Part shown: in pieces, positions 28,352-37,611 of the stretch
Layout of the letters: the number at the start of each line of letters is the position of its first letter
How positions within the stretch are numbered: position 1 is the stretch's first letter
Origin: Armatimonadota bacterium
GTDB taxonomy: Bacteria; Armatimonadota; SYMT01
Assembly (NCBI GenBank): GCA_041690135.1
Contig: JAWLHY010000004.1
Coordinates: 445,856 to 509,855, forward strand
Reading direction: 5' to 3'
Length of the DNA: 64,000 nucleotides
Position numbers and translations under genes: made by a program
The notes under the pieces: model-generated
Seen by the model: only the letters and a program-made list of their open reading frames with translations
The model's database searches: none
What the model was told of the DNA's origin: nothing

Positions 28352-30234
28352 AACAGACTCCTTTCGTGCGCGGCCAGTTCTCGCAAGGGGAAGGCGGGCT
28401 GAAGGTGCTCCCGCGTCCACAACTGCAGCGATAACAGCGACCAGATCGCCCGGGTGCGGTCGCGACCCTCCAGGTGCTCCTGGTACAACCGGCGCAGGGT
28501 GGCGCGGTCGAGGAGCCCTTCCGGATAGGCGTCGCCGGTCAGCAGCAACTCATCCACGAGGGGCCGGAGCTCCGAGCGCAGCCATGCGCCCAGGGGAATG
28601 GTGAACCCGGCTTTGCGCTCCGGGATGCGTTCCGGCGGCACCGCCCGGGCCAGGGCGCCGCGCAGGGGCAGCTTACCCAGGCCCTGCTTCATGCAAACGG
28701 AGGGTGACATGCGTGCCGCGGTGGCAGCCACCTCCAGGTCCAGCACCGGGACCCGGACCTCGAGGCTGTAGTGCATGCTGGCCCGGTCCATTTTCAATAG
28801 GACCATCTGCAGGTGACCCCACAGCTCGTTCTGCCGCAGCCAGCGGGCCAGCGGCTCCGCCTGGAGCGGACCGGGATAGCGGTAGTCCTCGAAGCCGGGC
28901 GGAAGCGGGACCGCGCCGGCACAGAGCGCCCGGAGGTCTGCTTCCCGCAAGCCCGAAAAGCACTGCCCGTCGAACTGCCAGGCTCCCGGGTCCGGGAAGA
29001 GCACGCCGCGCGGAACCTTACCGCCTTTGCGGCCCAGCGCATAGCCTGCCGCGCGTGCGAGCCATGGCAGGCGGAACCAATGCGCGTTCCCCGCCATCTT
29101 CCAGAAGCGCGGGTAGCCCCAGAACAGCTCATCTCCCCCGTCCCCGGAGAGCGCCACCGTCACGTGGCGGCGGGTAGAGCGGCACAGGAGCAGGCTGGGA
29201 AGGGAGGAGAAGTCGGCGAACGGCTCGGTGAAGGCCCGCGCGCCCTCCGTGACCAGGTCCAGGCAGTCGCGGGGGCCGCATACGTCGACCGTGTGCTCCA
29301 GACCCAGGGCCTCGGCGTAGGCGCGCGCTACCGGGGCCTCATCGTAGCCCGGGTCGGAGCAGCCGATCGTGAATGCCCGGACTCGTTCCGAAGCCCGGCA
29401 CATGTGGGCGGCTACCAGGGGACTGTCCACGCCGCCCGACAGAAACGCCCCCAGCGGAACGTCGCTCACCATCTGCCGCCGCACCGCGGCGCCCACAGCC
29501 TCGTCCACGGTCCCCACGGCGGAGGCGTCGGTCCGGATCTCGTCCGTCTCCTCCGGGAAGGCGTAATAGCGCCGGACCCGCGGCTCTCCCCCCCGCTCGA
29601 CCGTGAGAAGGTGGCCCGGCGGCAGGAGCGACGTATCTTCGAACAGGGCGTGGGGCGGGGGAATGTATCCCAGGCGAAAGAACAGGCCCAGCGCCGGGAG
29701 CGAGAGCCTCCGCCCGCAGTATGCGTGGCGGACAACCTGGTCATACTGGCTCCCGAACGCAACGCCTTGTGGATGGCGGAGGTAGTAGAGGGGCTTGATC
29801 CCCATCGGGTCCCGGGCGAGCAGCAGGCGCTTCCGGTCGCGATCGTACCAGGCCAGGGCAAACATCCCATTGAAGCGGCGGAGGGCGTCTTCTCCCCACT
29901 CGGCGAGGGCCAGGAGCACCACCTCGGTATCGGAGGTGGAGCGGAACGCGTGCCCCCGGGCTTCCAGGTCCGCGCGCAACTCCCGGAAGTTGTAGACTTC
30001 GCCGTTAAAAGCGATCACGTAGCGACCGCAGGGGGAAACCATCGGCTGGTGACCCGCCGGGGAAAGATCCAGGATCGCCAGCCGCCGGAATCCGAGCGCC
30101 AGGTGCGCTTCGTCCGTCCAGTGGCCTTCATCATCCGGTCCCCGGCGCTCCATCAAGCCGGTCATCTGCCGTACCGCCTCCTGATGGAGGCCGATTTCCG
30201 GCCGATGGGTGTAGACACCGGTTATGCCGCACAC
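28342..30234 (-). CDS. asnB: Asparagine synthase (glutamine-hydrolysing)-like amidotransferase, probably amidating uronic acids
   Basis: N-terminal MCGI, RGPD, RRLAILDLS, FNGEVYN, LSGGVDS, SGDGGDE, DRASM..SLEVR.P. Confidence 0.92.
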   Translation of the reverse strand: MCGITGVYTHRPEIGLHQEAVRQMTGLMERRGPDDEGHWTDEAHLALGFRRLAILDLSPAGHQPMVSPCGRYVIAFNGEVYNFRELRADLEARGHAFRSTSDTEVVLLALAEWGEDALRRFNGMFALAWYDRDRKRLLLARDPMGIKPLYYLRHPQGVAFGSQYDQVVRHAYCGRRLSLPALGLFFRLGYIPPPHALFEDTSLLPPGHLLTVERGGEPRVRRYYAFPEETDEIRTDASAVGTVDEAVGAAVRRQMVSDVPLGAFLSGGVDSPLVAAHMCRASERVRAFTIGCSDPGYDEAPVARAYAEALGLEHTVDVCGPRDCLDLVTEGARAFTEPFADFSSLPSLLLCRSTRRHVTVALSGDGGDELFWGYPRFWKMAGNAHWFRLPWLARAAGYALGRKGGKVPRGVLFPDPGAWQFDGQCFSGLREADLRALCAGAVPLPPGFEDYRYPGPLQAEPLARWLRQNELWGHLQMVLLKMDRASMHYSLEVRVPVLDLEVAATAARMSPSVCMKQGLGKLPLRGALARAVPPERIPERKAGFTIPLGAWLRSELRPLVDELLLTGDAYPEGLLDRATLRRLYQEHLEGRDRTRAIWSLLSLQLWTREHLQPAFPLRELAAHERSLLCA

Positions 30235-31469
30235 AGGCTCCTCTCCCTCCTCGCTTCCGTAACCTCATCCAGCATCCGCTCGAAGTCCCGGGCGACCCGC
30301 TCCCAACCGAAGCACCCCTCGGCCCGCGCACGCGCCGCTCGCCCCAACTGCTCGCACAGCGCACGATCCGTCAGCAGCCGCACCAGGGCCCGCTCCAGGT
30401 CCTCCCCCATCCGCTCCGGGGAGACCAGCAGTGCTTCCGTTTCATGGCGGAGCACCTCCGGAACGCCGCCGACGGATGATGCCACCTGCGGCATCCCGCT
30501 GGCGGCATACTCCAGCACCGTCAGCGGCATACCCTCTTCCTGCACCGCGGGAAAGACACCGAGGTCCCCGGCGGACAGGACGCGCCCCAGTTGCGGCGAG
30601 GGCACATAGCCCGAGAACCGCACGGCGCCTTCCCCACACCGCTCCGCCAGCTCGTGAAGTCGCCGGACGTAGGGATCGGGTTCGGTCGCCATGTGAGTCG
30701 ATGCGCCGATGACCAGCAACTGTGCATCGGGCACAACCCGTCGGACCTTTGTAAAGGCATTCAGCAAGTGGTCCGCCCCCTTGCGAGGCTGCAGCCGACC
30801 ACAGAACACCAGGACGGGGCCTGCACCCAGGCCCAACTCCCGGCGCACCTCCTGTCGCCAGCGCTGCCGGTGGTCCGGGTGAAAGGCCTGGAGGTCGACC
30901 CCGTTCGGGATCACGTAGCCGGGGATTGGCATGCGGCCATGCCGATCCTCCGCCTGGGAGATGGAGACCCGCGCGACCGCGGCCAGCGCGTCGGCATCGG
31001 CCATCAGCTTCCGCCACTCCGCTTTGGTGCGGTCCTTCAGGTGATTGGTGTGCTCATAGAAGACGACGCGAGCCCCCGGCGCGGCCCGGCGCGCTACCGA
31101 GGCCAGCGCGGGGAGCGCGTGGGCGACCACCACGTCCGGCCGCAGCCGCCGGAGCAGGCGGCCCACACCCGGCATGTACTCCACACCCACCTGTTCTCCG
31201 GTACCGAACCAGGGCTTGATGATCCGGTGCGGAAGCCGGGCGCAGGCGCGGTCCAGCGGCGCCGGCCGGACGTGCAGATACCGCTCGCGGTCGAACTTCG
31301 CGTGCTCCAACTCGGGGTACCAGGGCGAGATCATCACCGGATGGTACCGCTCCAGGCGCCGCACCGTGTGCTCCACCACCCAGGCGGGAGCACCGTCCAA
31401 GATTGGCGGCAGGGGCCGCCACCAGGCGCCCACGATGACAACGCGCGGGCCGGAATCAGGAAACGTCAT
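30222..31469 (-). CDS. Glycosyltransferase family 4
   Basis: IPNGVD, GRL..RKG, EGMPLTVLEYAASG. Confidence 0.92.
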   Translation of the reverse strand: MTFPDSGPRVVIVGAWWRPLPPILDGAPAWVVEHTVRRLERYHPVMISPWYPELEHAKFDRERYLHVRPAPLDRACARLPHRIIKPWFGTGEQVGVEYMPGVGRLLRRLRPDVVVAHALPALASVARRAAPGARVVFYEHTNHLKDRTKAEWRKLMADADALAAVARVSISQAEDRHGRMPIPGYVIPNGVDLQAFHPDHRQRWRQEVRRELGLGAGPVLVFCGRLQPRKGADHLLNAFTKVRRVVPDAQLLVIGASTHMATEPDPYVRRLHELAERCGEGAVRFSGYVPSPQLGRVLSAGDLGVFPAVQEEGMPLTVLEYAASGMPQVASSVGGVPEVLRHETEALLVSPERMGEDLERALVRLLTDRALCEQLGRAARARAEGCFGWERVARDFERMLDEVTEARRERSLCAA

Positions 31470-31477
31470 AGGCCTCT

Positions 31478-32446
31478 TCAGATGAACCGGGCAATCTCGT
31501 GCTGGAAGCGATCCAGACTCCAGTCGCCCACCACCATACGGGGCAGGGCTTGCGGGTTCGACCAGCGCGTCACCGGCTCCGCCACCACGGTGCCGGCTGT
31601 CTCCAGCCCCACGCTCCGCGAGATCTGCTCCAGAAAGGCCGGCACCCGGCGGCGACGGCGCATCGCTTCGTCGTAGGGATAGGCAAAGTGGGCCACGCGC
31701 TGCCCCAACTGTTCCTCCAGCACCCGTTTGCTTTCGGAGATTTCCCGCCGGGCCAGCTCCTCATCCAAACCACTCAACGCGGGGTGGTCCATGGAATGCG
31801 CGCCCAGCGTGAAGCCCATCGCCGCCATCTCCCGCGCCTCATCCCACGACATGGGGAGTTCGAGGGGGTGCGGCGGGGCCGGCTCCGCTCCCAGGGCAGC
31901 CAGGCGCCGATCTCGCTCCGCGGGTGGGAGGGGCCGCAACTCCGAACAGGTCCGGTGGACCACCCGGCACAACTCCCGCTGCTTCGCCTCCGAGAACTCC
32001 CGCTCGCCCTCCCTTTCACTTACAGTCAGCAACCGGGCTTCCACTTCGTCCCACCAGGAACGGCGGGAGGCGCCGATCCAGCCTCCGGTCAGGTAAAAAG
32101 TGGCCGGCAGACCGAGGCGACGCAAAACTGGCGCCGCGCAGATCCGGTTGTCCCGGTAACCGTCGTCGAAGGTGATTACCACCTGCCTTCGCGGCAGCGA
32201 CCCCTTGCGCAACTGCTCGGCCAGGGTGTCCAGAGACACCACGGGACAGTAGCTACTCAACCAGCAAAGCTGCTTCTCAAAGCCGGCAGCCGTCAGCCGC
32301 ATCCGCAAGGGATCACGCCAGTCATCCGGCACCACGCGGTGGTACGCGAGGATGAGCGTGCGGGGCACGAACCGCCCCATCACCGCATACCGGAGACGCG
32401 TGGACTCGCGTGTAACCTGCCGGCCCAGGTGGTCGGTGAGGATCAT
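31478..32446 (-). CDS. Polysaccharide deacetylase (CE4/NodB)
   Basis: ILAYHRV, ITFDDGY, GAHSMDHP, FAYPY. Confidence 0.92.
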   Translation of the reverse strand: MILTDHLGRQVTRESTRLRYAVMGRFVPRTLILAYHRVVPDDWRDPLRMRLTAAGFEKQLCWLSSYCPVVSLDTLAEQLRKGSLPRRQVVITFDDGYRDNRICAAPVLRRLGLPATFYLTGGWIGASRRSWWDEVEARLLTVSEREGEREFSEAKQRELCRVVHRTCSELRPLPPAERDRRLAALGAEPAPPHPLELPMSWDEAREMAAMGFTLGAHSMDHPALSGLDEELARREISESKRVLEEQLGQRVAHFAYPYDEAMRRRRRVPAFLEQISRSVGLETAGTVVAEPVTRWSNPQALPRMVVGDWSLDRFQHEIARFI

Positions 32447-32693
32447 TGCTGCAGCTCGTACCCTTCATTTCCTTCGGCTCTCCTGCTTGCTGCCCGCGGC
32501 AATCCGGGCGGCCGCGGCGGGTCGATTTCCACGCGCGCCGAGAAGTGACTACAACGCGCACCTTGCTTCCGCAACCGGGCAGAGACCGGCCGCGATCGTT
32601 TCACACTTGTGCAACCCTGAATGCGTCTCATGGCTTCGTTCCTCTTTTCTTGGTTCTTGCTTGTCTAGACGAAGCCGCCGCAGCCCGCCGAGC

Positions 32694-34454
32694 TCAGGCG
32701 GCGGCGGTCACCACTTCCGCGTCCAGCGACACGAACTGGTGCGTACACAGATCGAGATAAGTTCGGCTCGACGAAAGCAACTCTTCGTGTGTGCCCACCG
32801 CCTCGACGCGACCATCCCGCAGCACGATGATCCGGTCGGCACAGCGCAGCGTACTGAGGCGATGCGCCACCGCAATTACCGTTCGTGACCGGACCAACCG
32901 GTCCAATGCCTGCTGGATACGGACTTCGGAGACGCTATCGAGAGCACTGGTCGCCTCATCCAGCAGGAGGATGGGGGCGTTCTTCAGCAGGGCCCGGGCG
33001 ATGTTCAGCCGCTGGCGCTGACCGCCGGAGAGATCGATGCCGGGCCCCAGATGGGTGTCGTAGCCCTTCGGAAGCGCCAGGATCTCGTCGTGGAGATTGG
33101 CATCCCGCGCCGCCTGCTCCACCTCCGCATCCGAGGCGTCCATCCGGCCGTAGCGGATGTTCTCCCGCACGGTGGTCCGGAAGATGAACGGGTTCTGGAG
33201 CACGGCCGAGAGATTGTCGTAAAGGCTTTCCAGCTTCACGTCCCGGAGGTCCGTGCCGTCGAAGCAGATCCGCCCGCGAGTGGGGTCATGGAAGCGCATC
33301 AGAAGCGAGATCAACGTCGACTTACCGGCGCCCGAGGGGCCCACCACCCCGATCACCTCCCCGGCCCGAATTTCGAGGTTCAGGCCGTCCAGGACGGTCT
33401 CCCGGCCGTAGGCAAAGGTGACGTCTTCCAGGGTGATCCGCTGCGGGGTCTGCGGCAGGCGCACGGCATTCGGCCGGTCCGCGATATCCGGCGCGTGGTC
33501 CATCAACTCCCCGATCCGCTCCAGACCGGGAGTGAACTGCTGGATCGCCGCGTAGATGTGTGCCGTTTTGCGCGCCGGCTCGAAGAGGGAAGTGAGGGCC
33601 ATGATGAAGGTGAGGAGCGCGGGCCAGCTCAGGCGAGCGTTATCGACCTCGAACCCGCCCATCACGATGACGAGGACCAGGCCCGTGCCTGCTACCGCTT
33701 CCAGCAGTACCCCAGCCATCGCCTGATAGGCAGTACCCCTAAGAGCGGCATCGTAAAACTGTTCGGCGACCCGGCGGAACCGCACTAACTCCGTGCGCTC
33801 GCTCTGGTAGAGCTTGACCAACCGCAGTCCTTCGCAGAGTTCCAGGAGATGGTCGGTGAGGTCATAGCCGACCTGGCGCTGCTTGCGCGCTACTTCGAGC
33901 ATCCGACCGCCGAGCATTACCATCGGCAACGCCAGCAGCGGAATGACCACCAGGGCCACGCTGCTCAATCGCGGGCTCAGCAAAAAGGCCGTGAGCGTCA
34001 GGGAGAGAGCCGTGGCCACGTTGGACGTGACGATACAGACGCTGCGGACCGATTGATACATTGTCTCCACGTCGGTCCGTACCGCCTGGATCAGATCCGC
34101 CCGGCTATTGCTCTCCACGAAACCGACGGACTGTCGCAGGAGGTGCGACGAGAGGTCCATCATGGAGGCCACGCTCACGCTCTTCAACAGCCGCTGCTCG
34201 TTGATCTTGGCCATGCAGGAGCTGAGCGCGCGGGTCATCCAGGCCAGAAAGATGGCCAGGGCCGCCAGCATCAGGTGCTGGTGGCGATCCACACTGTTGC
34301 CCGAAACGAGGTCGAGAAAGTTCTTCAGCAGCCAGAGCGTGCCGGCGGCGGCCACACTCTCGCAGATACTCGCACCGATAAAAAAGCTGGCGGGGCGCTT
34401 GTGGCGCCACATCAACCGCAGTCCTAACGCGAGGAAGGCAAAAGTTTTTTTCAT
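32694..34454 (-). CDS. ABC transporter permease/ATP-binding fusion (MsbA/PglK-like exporter)
   Basis: N-terminal TM domain; Walker A GPSGAGKS, LSGGQRQR, LLLDEATSALD, AHRLST. Confidence 0.93.
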   Translation of the reverse strand: MKKTFAFLALGLRLMWRHKRPASFFIGASICESVAAAGTLWLLKNFLDLVSGNSVDRHQHLMLAALAIFLAWMTRALSSCMAKINEQRLLKSVSVASMMDLSSHLLRQSVGFVESNSRADLIQAVRTDVETMYQSVRSVCIVTSNVATALSLTLTAFLLSPRLSSVALVVIPLLALPMVMLGGRMLEVARKQRQVGYDLTDHLLELCEGLRLVKLYQSERTELVRFRRVAEQFYDAALRGTAYQAMAGVLLEAVAGTGLVLVIVMGGFEVDNARLSWPALLTFIMALTSLFEPARKTAHIYAAIQQFTPGLERIGELMDHAPDIADRPNAVRLPQTPQRITLEDVTFAYGRETVLDGLNLEIRAGEVIGVVGPSGAGKSTLISLLMRFHDPTRGRICFDGTDLRDVKLESLYDNLSAVLQNPFIFRTTVRENIRYGRMDASDAEVEQAARDANLHDEILALPKGYDTHLGPGIDLSGGQRQRLNIARALLKNAPILLLDEATSALDSVSEVRIQQALDRLVRSRTVIAVAHRLSTLRCADRIIVLRDGRVEAVGTHEELLSSSRTYLDLCTHQFVSLDAEVVTAAA

Positions 34455-34528
34455 TTCCTAGGTGTTCCCAACAGGCGCGGGAGCGGGACGACGCACCCAC
34501 TCCCCGTGGTTCTCCCTGGTTTCCGCTT

Positions 34529-35917
34529 TCATTGCCGGCCCGCCGCCACGGTAACGGGCCGTCCCACCGGAATCTCGGCCGGGTGTCCGATGCTCGAAAT
34601 CTCCGCTCCATAATCCGACGGGAGCCCCACCAGCACCCACCGCGCCACCAGCGCGTCGAGAGCTTCCGCGCTCGCGGTTGCGGCAGGGATCACGGCCGTA
34701 TCCGGGAGGTAAGTACGGGCAAAGCCGTTTTCGCTCTCGAAAAAGGGGGAGGGAAACTGAAGGCGGAGGGCTACGCCGTCGGCGGTGGGCCCCGCCGTGC
34801 GATAGAGCGGATTCACCCCCAGCGCACCGGCCGCATGCGGCCAGCCCGTGAACTTGCCGTGGCGGCTAAACCAATCCCCATTGCGGGAGGCCGCCACCGT
34901 CACGAGGGCCAGGTCGGGCCACTCCGCGGCGGAGGCGGACCACTCCGCGTCCGGGCCCTCCCCGTGGAGGTAGCGAGCCACCGTGGTACGGTCGGAGACC
35001 AGCCGAAAAGGCAGATCGGACAACAACTCCGACCACCGGCCCAGGGCCGGCGGCGTTCCGGTGCGGATCACCGGGCACCGGGCCTCGGGGTTCGGCACGG
35101 AGATCAGCAGCAGCAGTCCGTCATTCCGCACCGAGCGGCGCAACTCGCGCAGGCACGGGGCCTGATACGGTAGGAAGTGGAAGGCGTCCGCCGAGAGGGC
35201 CGCTCCGAAGGCGCCGTCGCGGAACGGCAGGCCATACGCCGCGTTACAGCAGACGAACCGCGCCCGCGTCCCGCTCAACCGCCGGGCCAGAAACAGGGAT
35301 TTGAAGTAGAGATCCGCCCCCACGATCCGCCCGGCGAGCCCGTTGCCGGCAAGGCTCCACACCAGGTGACCCGGCCCACAGGCCAGGTCCAGAACCGGGC
35401 CTTCCACCGCGGCAAGAACCGGCGTCCAGGCCAGCGCCGCTACGAACCGTGGCTGGCCCCACTTGTAGAAGAAGTAGTCCGCCGCATCTCGATTGCCGGA
35501 GTAGGCAAAGGCGGCGTCCAGCAGCTCCCGGAAGGTTCCGCCACGGGTCGCGGTGGCGTGTAAGTTGCGGGCTCGGGCCAGCCGCGCATCCGCGTACTTC
35601 CGCCGCAAGGGCGCCGACACGCCGGGAATCCGGCCCAACCGGCTCTTCTCGAGGATCTTCTCCGCCGTCGACCTGGCGGAAGTGTTCAGAGCGACAACCA
35701 GGGCTTCTTCCAGGTTCTCTCGCTCCAGCGCTGCGACGATCTCCGTCGTTCCCTCCCGTTGAAGGATGGGAATTCCCGCCACCAGCGGATAAGCGTGGCA
35801 CTCACACCGCAGGAACCCGTACTCATCCCCCGGGATCGTGCGCTGACGTCGCTCCCAGGCCAACCTTCCGGCACAGGCCGGGCACCGAAGCAGCTCGAGT
35901 AGCTCGAGCAAGTCCAT
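34529..35917 (-). CDS. SAM-dependent methyltransferase with Trm112-like N-terminal Cys knuckle
   Basis: LLRCPAC..LRCEC.AYPLVAGIP; VLDLACGPG; LPFRDGAF. Confidence 0.8.
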   Translation of the reverse strand: MDLLELLELLRCPACAGRLAWERRQRTIPGDEYGFLRCECHAYPLVAGIPILQREGTTEIVAALERENLEEALVVALNTSARSTAEKILEKSRLGRIPGVSAPLRRKYADARLARARNLHATATRGGTFRELLDAAFAYSGNRDAADYFFYKWGQPRFVAALAWTPVLAAVEGPVLDLACGPGHLVWSLAGNGLAGRIVGADLYFKSLFLARRLSGTRARFVCCNAAYGLPFRDGAFGAALSADAFHFLPYQAPCLRELRRSVRNDGLLLLISVPNPEARCPVIRTGTPPALGRWSELLSDLPFRLVSDRTTVARYLHGEGPDAEWSASAAEWPDLALVTVAASRNGDWFSRHGKFTGWPHAAGALGVNPLYRTAGPTADGVALRLQFPSPFFESENGFARTYLPDTAVIPAATASAEALDALVARWVLVGLPSDYGAEISSIGHPAEIPVGRPVTVAAGRQ

Positions 35918-36324
35918 CCTGCTGCCTCCTCTGCACGATGGATCACGCAGCCCTCCGTTGTCCGTCAAGCTGCTCGCGGACGAAACAGGCTGTGCGCCAC
36001 CGACAGAAGGATGCTCCCGCACGGCTGACGCGTGCAGGATGGTAAATGGGTGTTGGGTATTGGGCGCTCGGGCCCTCTGGCGGGAGGTAAACGTTGGGCG
36101 TTCAGGCTTTCAAGCTTTCGGGCGGGCGATCCTCGAATGGGGCGAATGAGGCAAATAGAAAGCCGGCGTTCGAATCGCGGGGCATTCGGGATGTTGCCAG
36201 TGAGTGCGAACCCGCAGCGAATCTCGGTAGCTTGATCCGCTGCGGTCGGCAGAGTGAGCATGCCGGAGTGCCGAGCTGGCTCGGCTAGTAGGTGTAATGT
36301 CAAACCGCACTGGTTATGGGACGC

Positions 36325-36353
36325 AGCACTTGACTTGCTTGCAATCAAGTGCT
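36325..36353. promoter_or_regulatory. Perfect 9-bp inverted repeat (candidate operator) in the mid-cluster gap
   Basis: AGCACTTGA-CTTGCTTGCAA-TCAAGTGCT in an AT-richer patch upstream of the second half of the EPS cluster. Confidence 0.45.
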
Positions 36354-36447
36354 CACATATGACTATTCCTTTCCAAACGCTGCTGTGTGGTCTCGTCAAG
36401 GTAAGGGTCCCATCAGCACTCGGAGAGCCACGACACCCAGGCAAAAA

Positions 36448-36480
36448 GGGAAGGGAAGACCGGCCGGTCCTCCCCTCCCT
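36448..36480 (-). terminator. Possible terminator hairpin after the epimerase gene
   Basis: GGGAAGGGAAGACC-GGCC-GGTCCTCCCCTCCC preceded on + by AAAAA (a T-run on -). Confidence 0.45.
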
Positions 36481-36551
36481 CTCCTCTTCCCTGCCACCCC
36501 ACTCGCCGGCGGCTACTCTTCCCTGTCTCTCGCGGCGAGTGCCAATGGCCA

Positions 36552-37592
36552 TTACCCGGCGAGCGCGAGGGGGTCCCCGGCATCGGCCGTGCCCTCGCCG
36601 GCCACCGGAATCGGCTCGTCCGGCTCATGCAGTCCCGCGCGGCGCGCGAACCAGTCGTAGGTCCGCTCCAGGCCCTGGCGCACCGTCTTGAGCGGGCGGT
36701 AACCGAGGACCTCGCCGGCCGCCCGGATATCGGCGAGCGAGTGCCGAATATCTCCCGTGCGGGGCGGCAGATACTCCACATCCAGCTCTCTTCCCGAGAT
36801 GTCTCGGATCGCATCCAGAATCTCGTTCAGCGTGATGCCGTGCCCGCACGCCGTGTTGAACACACCGCCCGCGGCGTTCGGAGCCACCAGGGCAAGCAGG
36901 TTTGCGTGGACCACGTTCTCGATATAGGTGAAGTCGCGGCTCTGTTCCCCGTCTCCATAGACCTGGATCTTGCGCCCTTCCAGGGCCGCCGTGATGAACT
37001 TGGGCACCACGGCGGCATAGACGGACTTCGGGTTCTGACCCGGGCCGAAGACGTTGAAGTAGCGAAGGCTCACCGTTTCCAGTCCATACACCTGGTAGAA
37101 GACCCGGCAGTAATTCTCCGCCGCCAGCTTCTGCACCGCGTAGGGGGAGAGCGGGCCGGTGGGGAAGGTCTCCCGGACCGGCAGGGTCTCCGGATTGCCG
37201 TAGACGGACGAGGAGGAGGCATAGACCAGGCGCTTCACGCCGGCATGCCGGGCCTCGATCAGGAGGGTCAACGTACCGTCGACATTCGCCGCATGGCTCG
37301 TGGCGGGGTCGTCGATGGAGCGCGGCACGCTGGGAATGGCCCCCTCGTGCAACACATAGTCGATTCCTTCCAGCGCGGAATGGACGTGGCCCCGGTGGGT
37401 GAGGCTACCTTCCCGGAAATCGATCCGGGAGGCAACCGCCGTGAGGTTTTCCCGGCGTCCCGTGGAAAGATCGTCCAGGACGCGTACCTGGGCTCCCAAT
37501 TCCAGCAACCGTGTCACCAGGTGGGAACCGATGAAGCCCGCCCCGCCCGTGACGAGGACGTTCTTTCCGGCCAGTTCTTGTTGATAGGTCAT
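36552..37592 (-). CDS. UDP-hexose/HexNAc(A) 4-epimerase (WbpP/TviC-like)
   Basis: GGAGFIG, AIPSVPRSI, ASSSSVYG, YAVQK, RYFNVFGP, GDGEQSRDF. Confidence 0.92.
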   Translation of the reverse strand: MTYQQELAGKNVLVTGGAGFIGSHLVTRLLELGAQVRVLDDLSTGRRENLTAVASRIDFREGSLTHRGHVHSALEGIDYVLHEGAIPSVPRSIDDPATSHAANVDGTLTLLIEARHAGVKRLVYASSSSVYGNPETLPVRETFPTGPLSPYAVQKLAAENYCRVFYQVYGLETVSLRYFNVFGPGQNPKSVYAAVVPKFITAALEGRKIQVYGDGEQSRDFTYIENVVHANLLALVAPNAAGGVFNTACGHGITLNEILDAIRDISGRELDVEYLPPRTGDIRHSLADIRAAGEVLGYRPLKTVRQGLERTYDWFARRAGLHEPDEPIPVAGEGTADAGDPLALAG

Positions 37593-37611
37593 GATCTTGC
37601 TTCTCGCTCCC

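Noticed and set aside
28342-30234. Lasso-peptide cyclase interpretation of the AsnB-like gene
   Set aside because: It retains the N-terminal Cys glutaminase domain, sits among glycosyltransferases and has no B1/B2 or precursor genes nearby.
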